Below are positions 24,783 through 37,135 of a DNA stretch of 49,334 nt, in pieces. Position numbers and translations under genes: made by a program. The stretch comes from Girardia tigrina. Taxonomy: Eukaryota. The notes under the pieces were generated by a model, which did no database searches, was not told the origin of the DNA, and was given only the letters and a program-made list of their open reading frames with translations. The stretch lies in contig MQRK01227725.1 of assembly GCA_001938485.1 (NCBI GenBank), forward strand, positions 1 through 49,334. Reading direction: 5' to 3'. How positions within the stretch are numbered: the first letter of the stretch is position 1; the number at the start of each line of letters is the position of its first letter.

Positions 24783-25266
24783 TATATTTAAGACTTTCTG
24801 AAGACTGATCTAGCTTTGAAAAATTAAAATGTAATCTAGCCTTGGTTAACAAGGCTTGTTTCGTTTCGTACTATCAAAATTAAATTTCAGTCGTTAGAAA
24901 AATTTCATCAAAATATCTATGGCATTGTTAGTATGTTTATTCGTTTATTTATTAGTGCTGCACTTTAATCGCAATTAAAGCAGCGATTAGAGTAAAAAAA
25001 TTAATCACGACTAATCTTTTTAATTACTATTAAAATTTTTGTATGACAATCCGAAATGGTCACAACACACAAAACAGTGACGTCACATCTGAACTCTTTA
25101 ATAAAATTGCTTAAATCAAAAAACAATTTAATATTAATATAATTTACCATTGATTCAACGTATATTAAGAAATACTTACCTGTTCAAATAGTATGATAAA
25201 GAAAATGTTTAATAATACTATTTAATAGTCTAACCGTAGATCGGTCGTCAGAAAGTCTTAAATATA
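24783..25266. repeat. 30-bp inverted repeats bounding ~480 bp (MITE-like)
   Basis: TATATTTAAGACTTTCTGAAGACTGATCTA (24783-24812) versus its reverse complement at 25237-25266, 2 mismatches. Confidence 0.55.
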
Positions 25267-28069
25267 GCTGTAGTTCGGATCACTCCGCTCTTCGATCGGG
25301 CTCCGGACCACATATTTGTGCCGGGATTTGGCAGCAGCAGATGAAGTCGACCCTTCAATCGGACGTTCGACGGTGTTTAAGTGCTCTGCATTTCAACTGG
25401 TGATTGAGTCTGGTCGATCGACTTAGGGTATCATATTTGATAAACCCGCCAGCACCGATATTAGATCATCGGAACTGAGGACCATATGAGGATCATTAGA
25501 TGTCGAAAGAGCTTTAATAGTTCCTCCCGCTCGACCACAAGAAGATAAAAGTTCAATAAAAGATCAATATATTACTACAATCAATCGATAATATGGAATC
25601 CGGCAATCTGTTCGATTGTTCATCAGTGAGAAGTCTTGTGAGTGTCAGTATTAGAGGTGAGAATAAAATCGAAACTGGATTCGTATCAGAACAAACGATG
25701 AAATCAAAATTGTTTATTTTTTAACTAAGTCGGCATTTTTAGTTTTTACATTCATAAATTCTTTTTTTTGAAAAGTTGTTGTCGTTCATATTATTTAAAC
25801 AAATAACAAATTGTTGTAATTTTTGATTTATGTACATTTCGATTTCATTAACTAGAATTTTCGAGATCCAAAGCACCACACAGTCAAATGTTACTAGTTA
25901 TTATTTTAAACTAAACTCCAATAAAATCAGTAAACTGGTTTACACAATTTCCTTCAAAAAAGAATTGATAGCTTTCATGGAAAATGTGAAATGGAACATT
26001 AGTTGAATACTCCTCAAATACTTTACACAAAACTATAATATACATAACTTTTTTGTGTCACCGTACGATTTAAAATTTTCAATTTCGATTTTATCGATAT
26101 TTTCTTTGAAGATAAATTTGAATTGATTTCTGAAATCTGGTCCTCGGCTTTGAAAAATATGTTAAATTATATTTTAAAATTCAATTTCTTTTCTCGTATT
26201 CATTATTTTATTGAAAAATCACTCGATGGATTTTTTTCGTCTTGAGGCGTCATTTCAATACTACAAATTTTGTCATTAATGAATTCTAAATTATTCATTT
26301 TTGCTTTTTCGATAGATATTTTAAGTAAATCATCAATTACCTTAAATTTTTTTAGAGAAAACAAGTGTACATTGTAGTGTCCTACTTATCATCATCAGAA
26401 TAAATTAGTGGAATAAATTAGTTTAAATACGCGTAATATGTCTGTTACGTCAATTATTCATATGAATAAAATAATAAATTATGTAATTTTTCTTATTACT
26501 TTGTTTTTTTTGGTTTGGCTTTATGAGTGTATTATCTAATGTTAATAAGCATATTTATTCAATTTTATCTATTTTATTTTTATTGTCTTTTGTATCTATT
26601 GTGTTCTTTTATTTATTTTATTTTATTGTTATATTTTTATGTATGTTTATTGTATATATGAATACCATGAATTATTATTTGTATTACTTACCTGATATTA
26701 GTCCATAGATAATTAATTTCCATGCTTAAATATAAATTCAAATATTAAGAATTGAAATAAATCAATTCACAAATAATCAACAATGATAATTAAAGAAAAG
26801 TTACATTAAACGAAATTGTAAATCCGAATCACGAATACAAGTAACAAACGCAATTACAAGTTTTCTTCTTTTTCAATTCGAAAATAAATAAAAAAAGGAA
26901 AATCCTTATAGTCGACAAACAACTGTAATTGTCCTGACGATTTAAATGTAAGAAAAAAATGAATTTTCTATCATTAAAAAAAACCCGAACAACAATTATC
27001 AATATAAAGAACCAGACTAATTAGAGACTATTTTACTACTTCCATCTGAAGCTAATATTTAAAAGACACTATCCTGAGTTTTTCCAAGACGAACTTTAAA
27101 GTAATTAACATTTATCTGGTTGTTTTTACTACTTCCTTTGAATTACTTATTTCATTGTTTACGTGATTGTCATTTTTGTTAATATTTAATTGTTAACTTC
27201 TTTTTAATATTTCCGATGATAGTTTAATTATTTAATAAAAGTTTTACATAATTATATTTTGAGTTATTTTTTATTGTTCATTATTCTGATACATCTCAAT
27301 GAAGAGTGTATATAGTTACGTGTAGTTGAGTTGATGAACATTATTTCCTTCATTAAGTTAATTCCACAATATACATGACTTATTGTCACTTGATTATCAT
27401 TGTTTAAAATTTTTTATTTATTTATAAAAAAGTTAAATTTAGAGGAAAGAAAAGTGAACCTTAAATTTGTGATTTATAAAATTAATTTAACAAAATTAAT
27501 TAATAATGTAAAATTCGTAAAGAAAATTTTATCAAAATAAGTAAGTTAAATAATTAAACTATTTTATGTATATAATTACTTATATTACACATGGTTGTTA
27601 ATCTAAATAAAATGGTTCCTCCAGAATAACGACGAATAATAAAATAAACAAGTAATGTTGAATTTGTTTAAATATTCAAAAATGTGGTGAGGCATTTGAA
27701 TTGGAAAAATTGTGAAGCAAATTTATTTTGAGAAGAAATTACTTGTTTTATTTTTCTTTTGTAATGAATAGCGAAATCGAAACTGTACATGATTTTGCCG
27801 TTCCGAAGACTGATAACAATATCAAAATATATAAAATCAATATATTTATTTTTTATAAGTCAAAAGGGCCTAGGGTACTCCCGAAAAAGTTAAACAAAAA
27901 TATGACTCATGCGTGGTTAAAGCCATACATCTTTAAAAGAAACTATATAATCAATAGTGAAGTGTACATATTTTCAGTTGTTTAATTTAATAATATTGCA
28001 CGGAATTTTTCAATTTCGAAGTTTGAACCATTATTTATTTTTTAATGCATAAACTCTTAAATTAATTGT

Positions 28070-28400
28070 GGCTCTTGAACAAAATGGTAAATGTCAATTG
28101 ATTCTTCTTGTATTTGCTGTTGCAGAATCAGAAAACACAGACAGCTGGAAGTTTTACTGAAGAATTCGAAGAATAGGTCTAGAGATGAAGCAGCAATGAT
28201 CAAATTTTTGACTGATGTACATACATATGTAGAATCTGCTTTTTATACCGCCATGAGTGGATTATCAATTATCAATAATGAATTTTATTTAGTCTATATT
28301 TAATGTGATCCAAAAACTTGAGCTAATTCAAAATTATACATTCTAAGATATTTTCGCAACACTACTAAGCAAGCGGAATCGATGAATAAAGCAGATCTCT
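28070..28400 (+). pseudogene. MULE/MuDR transposase remnant
   Basis: ALEQNGKCQLILLVFAVAESENTDSWKF and TTKQAESMNKA resemble the MULE motifs AFAVVESEN.DSW and T.N.AES.N. Confidence 0.6.
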
Positions 28401-29696
28401 AAAGTAGTTTGTTACAAAAGATATTACAAATCTAATTATATCTATTAATAACTACAATATGAAAATCTTCAACAGAATACGATCTGAGTAGTTTAATCAT
28501 TTTTATTTACCAAGTGAGTTAAAAGTTACTAGTTAAAAACACTTATAGTTAATTATATTTTGACTGTTTTTAGTTATTATTCAAATGAAAAGAACGTTTT
28601 CTGAAGAAAGAAGGTTGCTTGCGAGTAATAAAAATTAAAAAAGAAAAGATTTTGTGTAAGGACAAGGAAAATTAATGGTTAATTATGATGGATAATATTT
28701 ATTAGTTTTGTTTGTTGTTTTTTGTTAAATTGAATTTAATATTGTAAATTATTAGTTTTTTGTTTGATCGAATGAAATAAATTATTTTGGCGCGAAACTT
28801 GTTGATTTTGTTTTGAATAAGTCGCCATTGAAATTATAATAGACATTTTCAATTTTTATCTGAAAATAACGTTTCTAATGGATTCTTATGATGATGAGAT
28901 CGAATGTTTTATGTGTTCCGATTTGTTCACGGAATTCGAACCATATTTTTAATGTTTACAAAGCCAGCAGTGAAATCGATAATTATAAATTGAATGTGTT
29001 GGAGTTGGAAAGACGAATTGTGCTCTGTGGGACGAGTTTGTCGAGTATGAGACAAAAAATTACCGAATTATTTGAGCTGAATACCGAATAGGATGAGCCT
29101 ATCAAACCGAAACAGAAAATCAAAAGTAATTTAAAATTAAATTATTCCCCCCGACTTCAGCGTGCCGCAGCCACGCTGCGCAAGCTCTCTTATCAAAGGT
29201 TATTGACTGCAAATGGTTTTCAAAACATGCTTCAGTAAATTAAAAATAAATGTGTCACTATAAAAGATGGAAGAGTATAATAAATATTGTGAAACGATAA
29301 TCAAAGATAATATCATATATTCCATGTGGGTTATATGGAAACAGAAATACAACAAACAAAATTAGCGAGAAAAAACGAACATATGCAGAAAAATGAAGAA
29401 CTTATAATAAAGAAAAAAACTAGAAATTGAAATATACCTTATTGCCAATCTTTCCAAGAACTATGATATGACGAGTGATGATAAAAATTTATCTAATTCT
29501 TTTCCGGATGATTTGGAAAATATTGTTTTAAATTTTAAAACAGTCGTTAATTTGGATAAAATAATGAAGAATAACCAAATAGCATATAAAATTTTTATTG
29601 GTAAATTAATAAGGAAATTAAAGTTATTTTTCGATGAAGATAAGCTTATATTAGTTTTTTTAAATGAAACAAGTTAATAAAAAGTCTAGTGACAAT

Positions 29697-30192
29697 TTAA
29701 GCGCAATTTCCTTATGTTATTCCGTGCCCAAATATTAAAACGTTTATATCAGTATTTGACTATGATTAATTTTTTGTGACCGAACNNNNNNNNNNNNNNN
29801 NNNNNNNNNNNNNNNNNNNNNNNNNNNNNNNNNNNAACGAAAGGATATTTTTGAAAACTTTCTTCGGCAATATTGTTCTAAATTATTGCAGGAATCGATA
29901 GGTAAATGTTTCAAGTCGCTAAGTGGTCTGGTTGCCGAGATATAGGCCAAAAACAGCATTTTTTCGAGGTTTTTTGGCTTTTCCGGGAAATCCAGGAAGG
30001 AATTCCGGGAATTATTTTGGCCCACAATCATCCTCCGAACTTGCTTAACATATTTGCTTTTGGAACTAGTCCTCGATATTGCTTCGTTGAGGAGGAGATA
30101 CGACTTAAAGCTGCGGACACACATCCATCCATCCATCCACACAGAAATAACCAATTAATAATCGCAATTGTCAGTATGGAAATTGCGCTAAT
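29697..30192 (+). mobile_element. HINE/DINE-1-like Helentron-associated repeat; a second 3' end follows the gap at 30597-30713
   Basis: 11-bp subterminal inverted repeat GCGCAATTTCC (29701-29711) / GGAAATTGCGC (30178-30188), (CATC)n microsatellite, terminal hairpin CGCAATT..AATTGCG. Confidence 0.6.
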
Positions 30193-31225
30193 AAGTATTT
30201 GTTCGGGAATTTGAGAAGTTAAATGATTTAACAAAGCTTTTCCGTCATTTACACCACCCAGCAAGCATAGGATTTTTATAAAAGTTGGGAATAGTCAAAC
30301 TCGACTATTTCCCGTTATGCGTAAATAAATCCCATGCATACGCCGACTGAGCAAGTTCAGGAGGAGATTGTTGAGGACAAACACCACTGAGCCGAAAGAT
30401 ATTCAAGACGAAACATTTTAATTCTTAAAATAAATGTTGTTAATAAATATTATATAAAATTCTTACTTTGTTGTAATTTCATTTCAAAAATAATTGAATA
30501 ATATTTAAACAAATATTATTTTCATCAATATTATTATTAATATCATNNNNNNNNNNNNNNNNNNNNNNNNNNNNNNNNNNNNNNNNNNNNNNNNNNATAT
30601 TGCTTCGTTGAGGAGGAGATACGACTTAAAGCTGCGGACACACATCCATCCATCCATCCACACAGAAATAACCAATTAATAATCGCAATTGTCAGTATGG
30701 AAATTACGCTAAAAAATTACCGAGTTCGTGATTTCGGTTATTACACATGTGAGGAATATGGGATGTATAATTGTTTTTTTGTAGTGTTTGCATGTTTAAA
30801 TGTTGTGTGTTGATATGGGACTGTGACTCTCCTAATCAGATGGATGATCAATATTTTAATTCTTATAATCTGAAACTAAATTTTTTTAAATTTAGATTTA
30901 ATATTCAAATTTTTAATTTTTATTAATGAAACTTTTAAATAATTTTATTGATTTTATTTTTGTAAATTTTTAAATAATTAAAATCAAATTAATGTTCAAA
31001 AATGACTATAGAAATATTTTATTTAAGCCAATAAAATTTAAATTAAATATTTTTTAATAAAATAATTTTCTCAAATATAGTTCAGATTATAATGATAGAT
31101 TGAAAATTGAATGATGGATTATAGTGAAAGCAATACTATTGATCATCATAAAGATGATAAGAAATGTGAATGTAATAAATGTTCTGTCAAATGTGTGAGT
31201 TCCCTTAACAACACAAATTCGGCAT

Positions 31226-31264
<39 letters not shown>

Positions 31265-31394
31265 TCTAAAACTTCTGAAAATTTTTTAAATAAAATTTTT
31301 TGTCTAATATGATTTAAAAACTATTTTTTGTTCTGTCACTTGGAAAGAGTTTTAGTTTATCAACTAATGAATTAAAATCTTTAAAATATCAAAT

Positions 31395-31550
31395 CCTGGC
31401 CTGCGGGGCCAAACTGCAGAATGGTTTCAATCTGGTGCTTGTGAGCGTACCAAATGTGGTAGAATAAAACCTCTGTCATGCGAGCTTATTTCAAAATGGG
31501 TTAATATTGCTTGAGATACTCTTTCAAAAGAACTGATTATAAAAAAATTA
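31395..31550 (+). pseudogene. pogo-family transposase C-terminal fragment
   Basis: LRGQTAEWFQSGACERTKCGRIKPLSCELISKWVNIA*DTLSKELIIK is typical of the region after DDE_1. Confidence 0.55.
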
Positions 31551-32079
31551 TTTATGTTTCTTAGATCAAGGAATGAACTTGCTCAAATTTAGAACAAAAT
31601 ATTTTGCTTGTGTAAATCATCAAGTTCTTAATGGTGAGAACTGTTCGGGATCTAAAATTTAATGAATAAATTTGATTTTCTAAAATTCTTTTTTGATTTA
31701 AAAAATTTTTTAATAATCCTCCATGTCCTTGTTTTTCCAACTTGTTATATATATATATATATATATATACACCAAGGTCCCGCTTTGTGTCTCTATTCGG
31801 TTCCGAAAGTTGAGACGCTAAATGAGTTTCGACGCATAACAAAAGTGTGGTTATATTGATCAGAAAGACTATTACAATATATCTATCTAAATAAAAATCA
31901 AAATAAAACAAATGTTTATCAAGAGTACGAAAATTAGGCTCTTAATCCATTAAAACTAATTAATAAGGAAAAATTTTTTAAAAAGTAAATTTTGATTTTG
32001 AAAGAAGTTTTGATAATTATATTTATAATGCATACTTATTTTTTACTGATTTTATATAAGTGGTTTGTACTGAATTGTC

Positions 32080-32602
32080 TTGTTTTTGCATAAATTTCTT
32101 TATATCAATTTATGTTACCCAGAACTGATCAGTTTACCCTCGAACTTCTTTCGTGATTAGGGTCATCTTGATTAAATATCTGCAGAGCTTGATCAATTAA
32201 TTGAAAAGCTTGAGCTAAACATTTCGTCGTTAACGTTTGTTCTACGGCAATATCTTCGATTTTTTCCTCAGAATCACTACTGGGTGCTGTCTGAAATTCA
32301 TTGTGCGAATCCAATAGTTCTTCTATATCTTCGACCTCCATTCCTTCAACTTGCAATGCGGATGCTAAGTCAACTATCTCTTTAATTGCAGTTATCCTAT
32401 CATTATTCGTGTCATTTTCCAATGGGCTATGTACGCATTCCGGTCATAATTTACGCCAACAACCGTTCATGCTTTTGTTGGACACTTAATTCCAAGATCC
32501 TGCAATATATTTAATCCAATCTAATATAGTGAAGTTTTTCCAGAACGTTTTCATTGTAATATTATCAATTACTTCCGTGACTGTGAAAAGTTCCCTGAAA
32601 TT
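32080..32602 (-). pseudogene. Tigger/TIGD1-like transposase C-terminal remnant
   Basis: FWKNFTILDWIKYIAGSWN*VSNKSMNGCWRKL*PECV..EIVDLASAL..EDIEELLDSH..DDPNHERSSRV. Confidence 0.8.
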
Positions 32603-32766
32603 TTATATGGCAAAAAATAAAAAAATCAATCGACGCGTATAGACGCATGGCGGAGCTTTGGTGTATATAGGTTTCTATTAACGAGGTTTTATATTAATGG
32701 TTTTCTATATACGAATGGATTTTTGATATTAATAAATGGACACCACAGTATATTCATTAATTTTTC

Positions 32767-34000
32767 GGGTATAGTTCCGTACGGGCCCCTGCAATAATAA
32801 AAGTATGACAATATATAAAAAATTATCAGGATTCCAGGAAAAATAATTTAAAATTTTTTAAAAATTTATTTGAATTTTTTAAGCAACGTAACCTGAATGA
32901 AAAATATTTATATTGGTTGCATAATCACTTCCTTCTCCGACTTATTTTATTTATATTTTTAAATTAAACTTGTTTTTTTCGTTTCATTTTTGAAAACTAT
33001 TTTTTATTGATTCTTATTTTTGCATAAAAAATTAACTGAAAATAATTAAAAAAAAGAAAATCCAAAAAAATTATTCAATTTAAAAAATATACTGTATATT
33101 ACCGCGTATAATGCGAAAAAATTATACCACTTGTCCTCATGAAAACATAGGGTCGCATTATACGTGAGTAATAAATTCTGAGTAAGTTATCTAAATCATA
33201 TATTATTAATGAGTAATGATTACTACAAATGATTATCGAATATTAATACAAAGAAATCTAAATATTACCTTGTTTATCTGCTATCTTATTTCTAACGTGT
33301 CAAACCACCATGATAATTATAGAAAATAATCTTTGAAAATAAAATAGTTTTTACCTTTTAATTTAAACATGAGTCAGAAAAGAAAGCGTATGTCGTATGA
33401 AGTTTGATTCAAGTTACGTGTAGTCAAGTTTGCAGAAGAACGTAATAACTGTGCTGCAGGAATGAAGAACAGGAAGACGTGGATGATGATGATGATGGAT
33501 ATATAGGTGATGATTTGGCAACAGATGAATTTTTGGCCGAAATGTTCGGAGAGTGACGATGAAGAATTTAATTAATAATTGATTTGTTTTATCGATGATT
33601 TATTTTTTTATGTTAAGATTATTTTTACGGTTTGAAGGTTTGAAAGGACTTAAAAAATATAGTGATCACATTATACTTGGAAGCTAGGTTTCTGCGGGAT
33701 ATCCTTGTCAAAATTATAGGGGTCGCATTATATGTGGGATCGCATTATACGCGGTAATATACGGTAAATATTTCATATATAAAATATATTAAACCTTTAT
33801 TAAACATTTATTTCATTCGGAAATCGGGGTATAAATATTTCATAAAATAAGTCAGTGAAGCCAGTGATTACGTATTCAATACATATGTTTTCCATTGAGA
33901 TTTTGTGATTTTTTTAAAATTATTTTTCCTGGAATTCTGATATTTTTTTTATCTATTGGCATACTTGTATTTTTACAGGGGCCCGTACGGAACTGTACCC
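32767..34000. mobile_element. MULE-like foldback element with ~190-bp imperfect TIRs
   Basis: GGGTATAGTTCCGTACGGGCCCCTG.. versus ..CAGGGGCCCGTACGGAACTGTACCC. Inverted similarity continues to TAATCACT..GACTTATTTTAT. No clean TSD. Confidence 0.7.
33092..33764 (+). mobile_element. Internally deleted pogo-family (POGK-like) element nested in the foldback element
   Basis: 25-bp TIR C(C/T)GTATATTACCGCGTATAATGCGA with TA TSDs. ATG at 33369 gives MSQKRKRMSYEV*FKLRVVKFAEERNNCAAG (Brinker-type DNA-binding domain) fused to an acidic tail. Confidence 0.85.
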
Positions 34001-35589
34001 TTTGGATGTTGTTTCGAACAATTATATGACCTCTTGAGCTCATTTTACGCTGAAACTGAAATTAATCAATAAAATATGCTAAGTTTTGCGTCTTGTCTTA
34101 ATGTGTATTTTTACAGTTCGGTTTTTTACTAGAGCTCTTTTTCAGTCTATTTTTTAAAAGATGCCTTTTTTCTATTTTTTTACAGATATTTCCATCCAGG
34201 AATCTCTCCAAATGTCTCTGCGACATTTCTAATCGATCAACGGGAGTAATTAAAGCATAAAACTCTAAAGTCTCACAGAATTTCATCGATGATCACAAAT
34301 TAGTGAGTCGCAATGACGCTAATTTGAGTGATTGCAGCCAGTGTCATCGATGAAGACCGATTTTACATTCCCCAAATCCAAAAGTAATAAAATGTGACAC
34401 AAACGGAGATCGATTCTTTTCGGTGTAAACAAATAAATATATAAACAATTCTCACAATTTTCATCTTTTTATTTCAAAAATCATTTATTTCCAAATGGGC
34501 GATCAAATAAAATATCCAGCGCTCGTAATCGATGAAAAAAGTACTTAATCGATCGTAAACGAGCGTATTTATTCATTTTTTAATAATGTTGCATTAAACA
34601 GTAAAATTTAAGAAATAATATCACATTTATAAATATTATATAACTTAATATGAAATACTAAAAAATCAGTCAAAACAGTAACTAACCAATCTGGAAATGT
34701 CTGTTGATTTTCATGATTTAAACAAATATTTTATTTCATAATATTTGTATTCTGTATAAATATTAATTAAATGATATTCTTATTAGATTTAAATAAAATC
34801 AAAAGTTTATAAATTAAGTTTATAAATTCTTAAAAATTAGAAAATACAATTTTTTAAATAATTTAGATTTGCGAAATTGGAAAAACAAAAATAATAAAAA
34901 ATATTCGTGAAAGAATTAACGCGGAATTAGAATATCGCAACTTTTGAATGTGATTACATGTTATTTTCTATGGATTTTTTAAAAATTTACTGAGTTTTAA
35001 ATTCATCATTTAGAAATATTTTAAGGTTAAATTGTAAAATTAAATTTATTTATAATTAGATAATTTCAGTTCCTGATATTTTCAAATATTTTATAATCAC
35101 ATTTATAGAGAAAAACACATTTTTGTTAATTAATCGGAGGCATTAATGTTAAATGTTGTATAATTTTAAATGTGGTATAATATTTTTAATTTTGATATTG
35201 ACTTTTGTGTTTTTGAAATAATAAATATCTTTTTTCGGACAGAGCAGTATTGTTGTAATTAAAAATTATATATGCATATATTCAAAAATCAATACTGTGA
35301 GATACTCTGTTAAATAATTAAATTAAATAGTATAAATATCACATTAATAATCATTATATTCTAAAAAAAATTGGATTTTTATATTAATCTGGCAAAAGAT
35401 CGAATAATAATTTCAAGACAGGATTTTTTTCAATACGTTTTTCAGATACTCTAATTTCCCGCTTCTCATTCGATTATTTAAACACTGGACTTTAAATATG
35501 CTGTTTCACTCCCTTTAGGCACAAATGCCCACTCTGTCTTTGTATTGGAAAATTCTGCTCTCTCCTGTTAGCCACAGCCCTACGCAGTC

Positions 35590-35800
35590 TAAGTCATTAA
35601 ATCGAGTGAACTGCCCATTCTTCACCATTTGCGTACCTTTTCTGTGCCAACGAGACTCTCTTTAGTTTGCCTCCACAGGAGATCGTTCAGGGCTCGATAA
35701 TCCAGTACCAGTCTCACTTTTACATTTGTCGCTTACATTACTGCCATGAACGGTAGAATCACCACCAGTTGATCTTCCACTCCATTTATTCTTGATCACT
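35590..35800 (-). pseudogene. Gypsy reverse transcriptase fragment
   Basis: ILPFMAVM*ATNVKVRLVLDYRALND..EKVRKW. Confidence 0.65.
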
Positions 35801-36289
35801 TCGTCTTAGTAATGTGTGACTGACATGTATATTAGAGTCTCGCGGAGCATCTCCATGTTGGATGACGAAACAATTGACGATTATGTGTCCCAGGGGAACA
35901 GGTTAGAATCCAAATTTGATGGCTTATCAAATGCAACATTTTCGGATGAGAAGCTATTCGAGTTGCCACTGGACCTGGAACAAGTGGGGACCAACCTCTG
36001 GGCGAAATGATTGAGTGTAGCAGCAGATATATAGGAATCAAAGGGCGTCTGTTGGACGCACTATGTCTGTGATCCTCTATGGAAAGATTGTGTACTCGGA
36101 GAGGACGATGAGAAACTGCAAGACGCTATCAAGGATATTCGATGAAGTGGGTGATGTGCTATCAGTTTCTGAATGTGTGTCGCATCACGAGATAATGTCG
36201 AGGCAGAAATAGTCAAGGGAGTTCGTAGGTGCTAGCTCTCTCCCTTGAAAAAATAATTATTGGTATTAATGGTCAGTTGGTACTCGTAA

Positions 36290-37135
36290 TACTAAACTCA
36301 GGATGTTCGAAAACTGTAGTGAGAATGGATTAGTGCTTTTCAACGATAATTCATTTGGTGGGAAAATGATAGGGTTTTCGGATGGAAGAAACGTCATGGT
36401 AAATTCTGGAGAAAGGCGGTTAACGATAAACTGGAAGTAATTTAGAGTCGAATGCTCATTTATGGAAAATATTTCAGATTGCATAAGAGTGTTGATCAGT
36501 AAGGATGTCATTGAGAGGTTAGGGGAAGGGAGTATCCACGGTGGTTTCTTTGAGTTTGGAAATATGAGTAAGGATGAAGATAGTAGTCTCGTGTGCGCAG
36601 GGTCTGAGGTCCCCTTATTTGTATAAGAAAACAAAACTTCGAAATCGATTTCAAGGATAACTGAGTTATAAAGTAGGAAAGGAAAAACGGAGCCCTCGGT
36701 TTTCTACTAAATCGGCGGTCTGTTTTTAGAGACGATAGATCGATGAGTGCGGCTACTTAGATAGTACTTAGTACCAACTTAGATATTAGAGATATGGAAG
36801 AACAAAAGATATTAATTCGATTATGACGAGAGGAAAATGGATATGTCAAAAGGATCGATTCCTATATTTGGAATAATAAAGGCAAATAAGAATAAAATAA
36901 GAGTAGTTTTCGAATTTAGGAATTTGAATTAATACGTGGACAATAATACAGGCTCGGCCAACCATTCTTCGGATAAAAAATTTACGGCTCATGTAGCAGT
37001 GGTTTCAAATTTACATGCTCCACTTATGAGAGGAGTACATGAAAGTACATGTTCACGAGGATTTGTGGCGCTATCAGTTATATAAAATTAGTAAGAAGTA
37101 CGCTTTGACCAGAATGGCGTTAGGATTAAATATTG
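36290..37135 (+). pseudogene. Gypsy pol (protease-RT) remnant
   Basis: VLISKDVIERLG (protease end), IPIFGIIKANKNKIRVVFEFRNLN, YMKVHVHEDLWRYQ..YALTRMALGLNI. Many stops. Confidence 0.7.
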
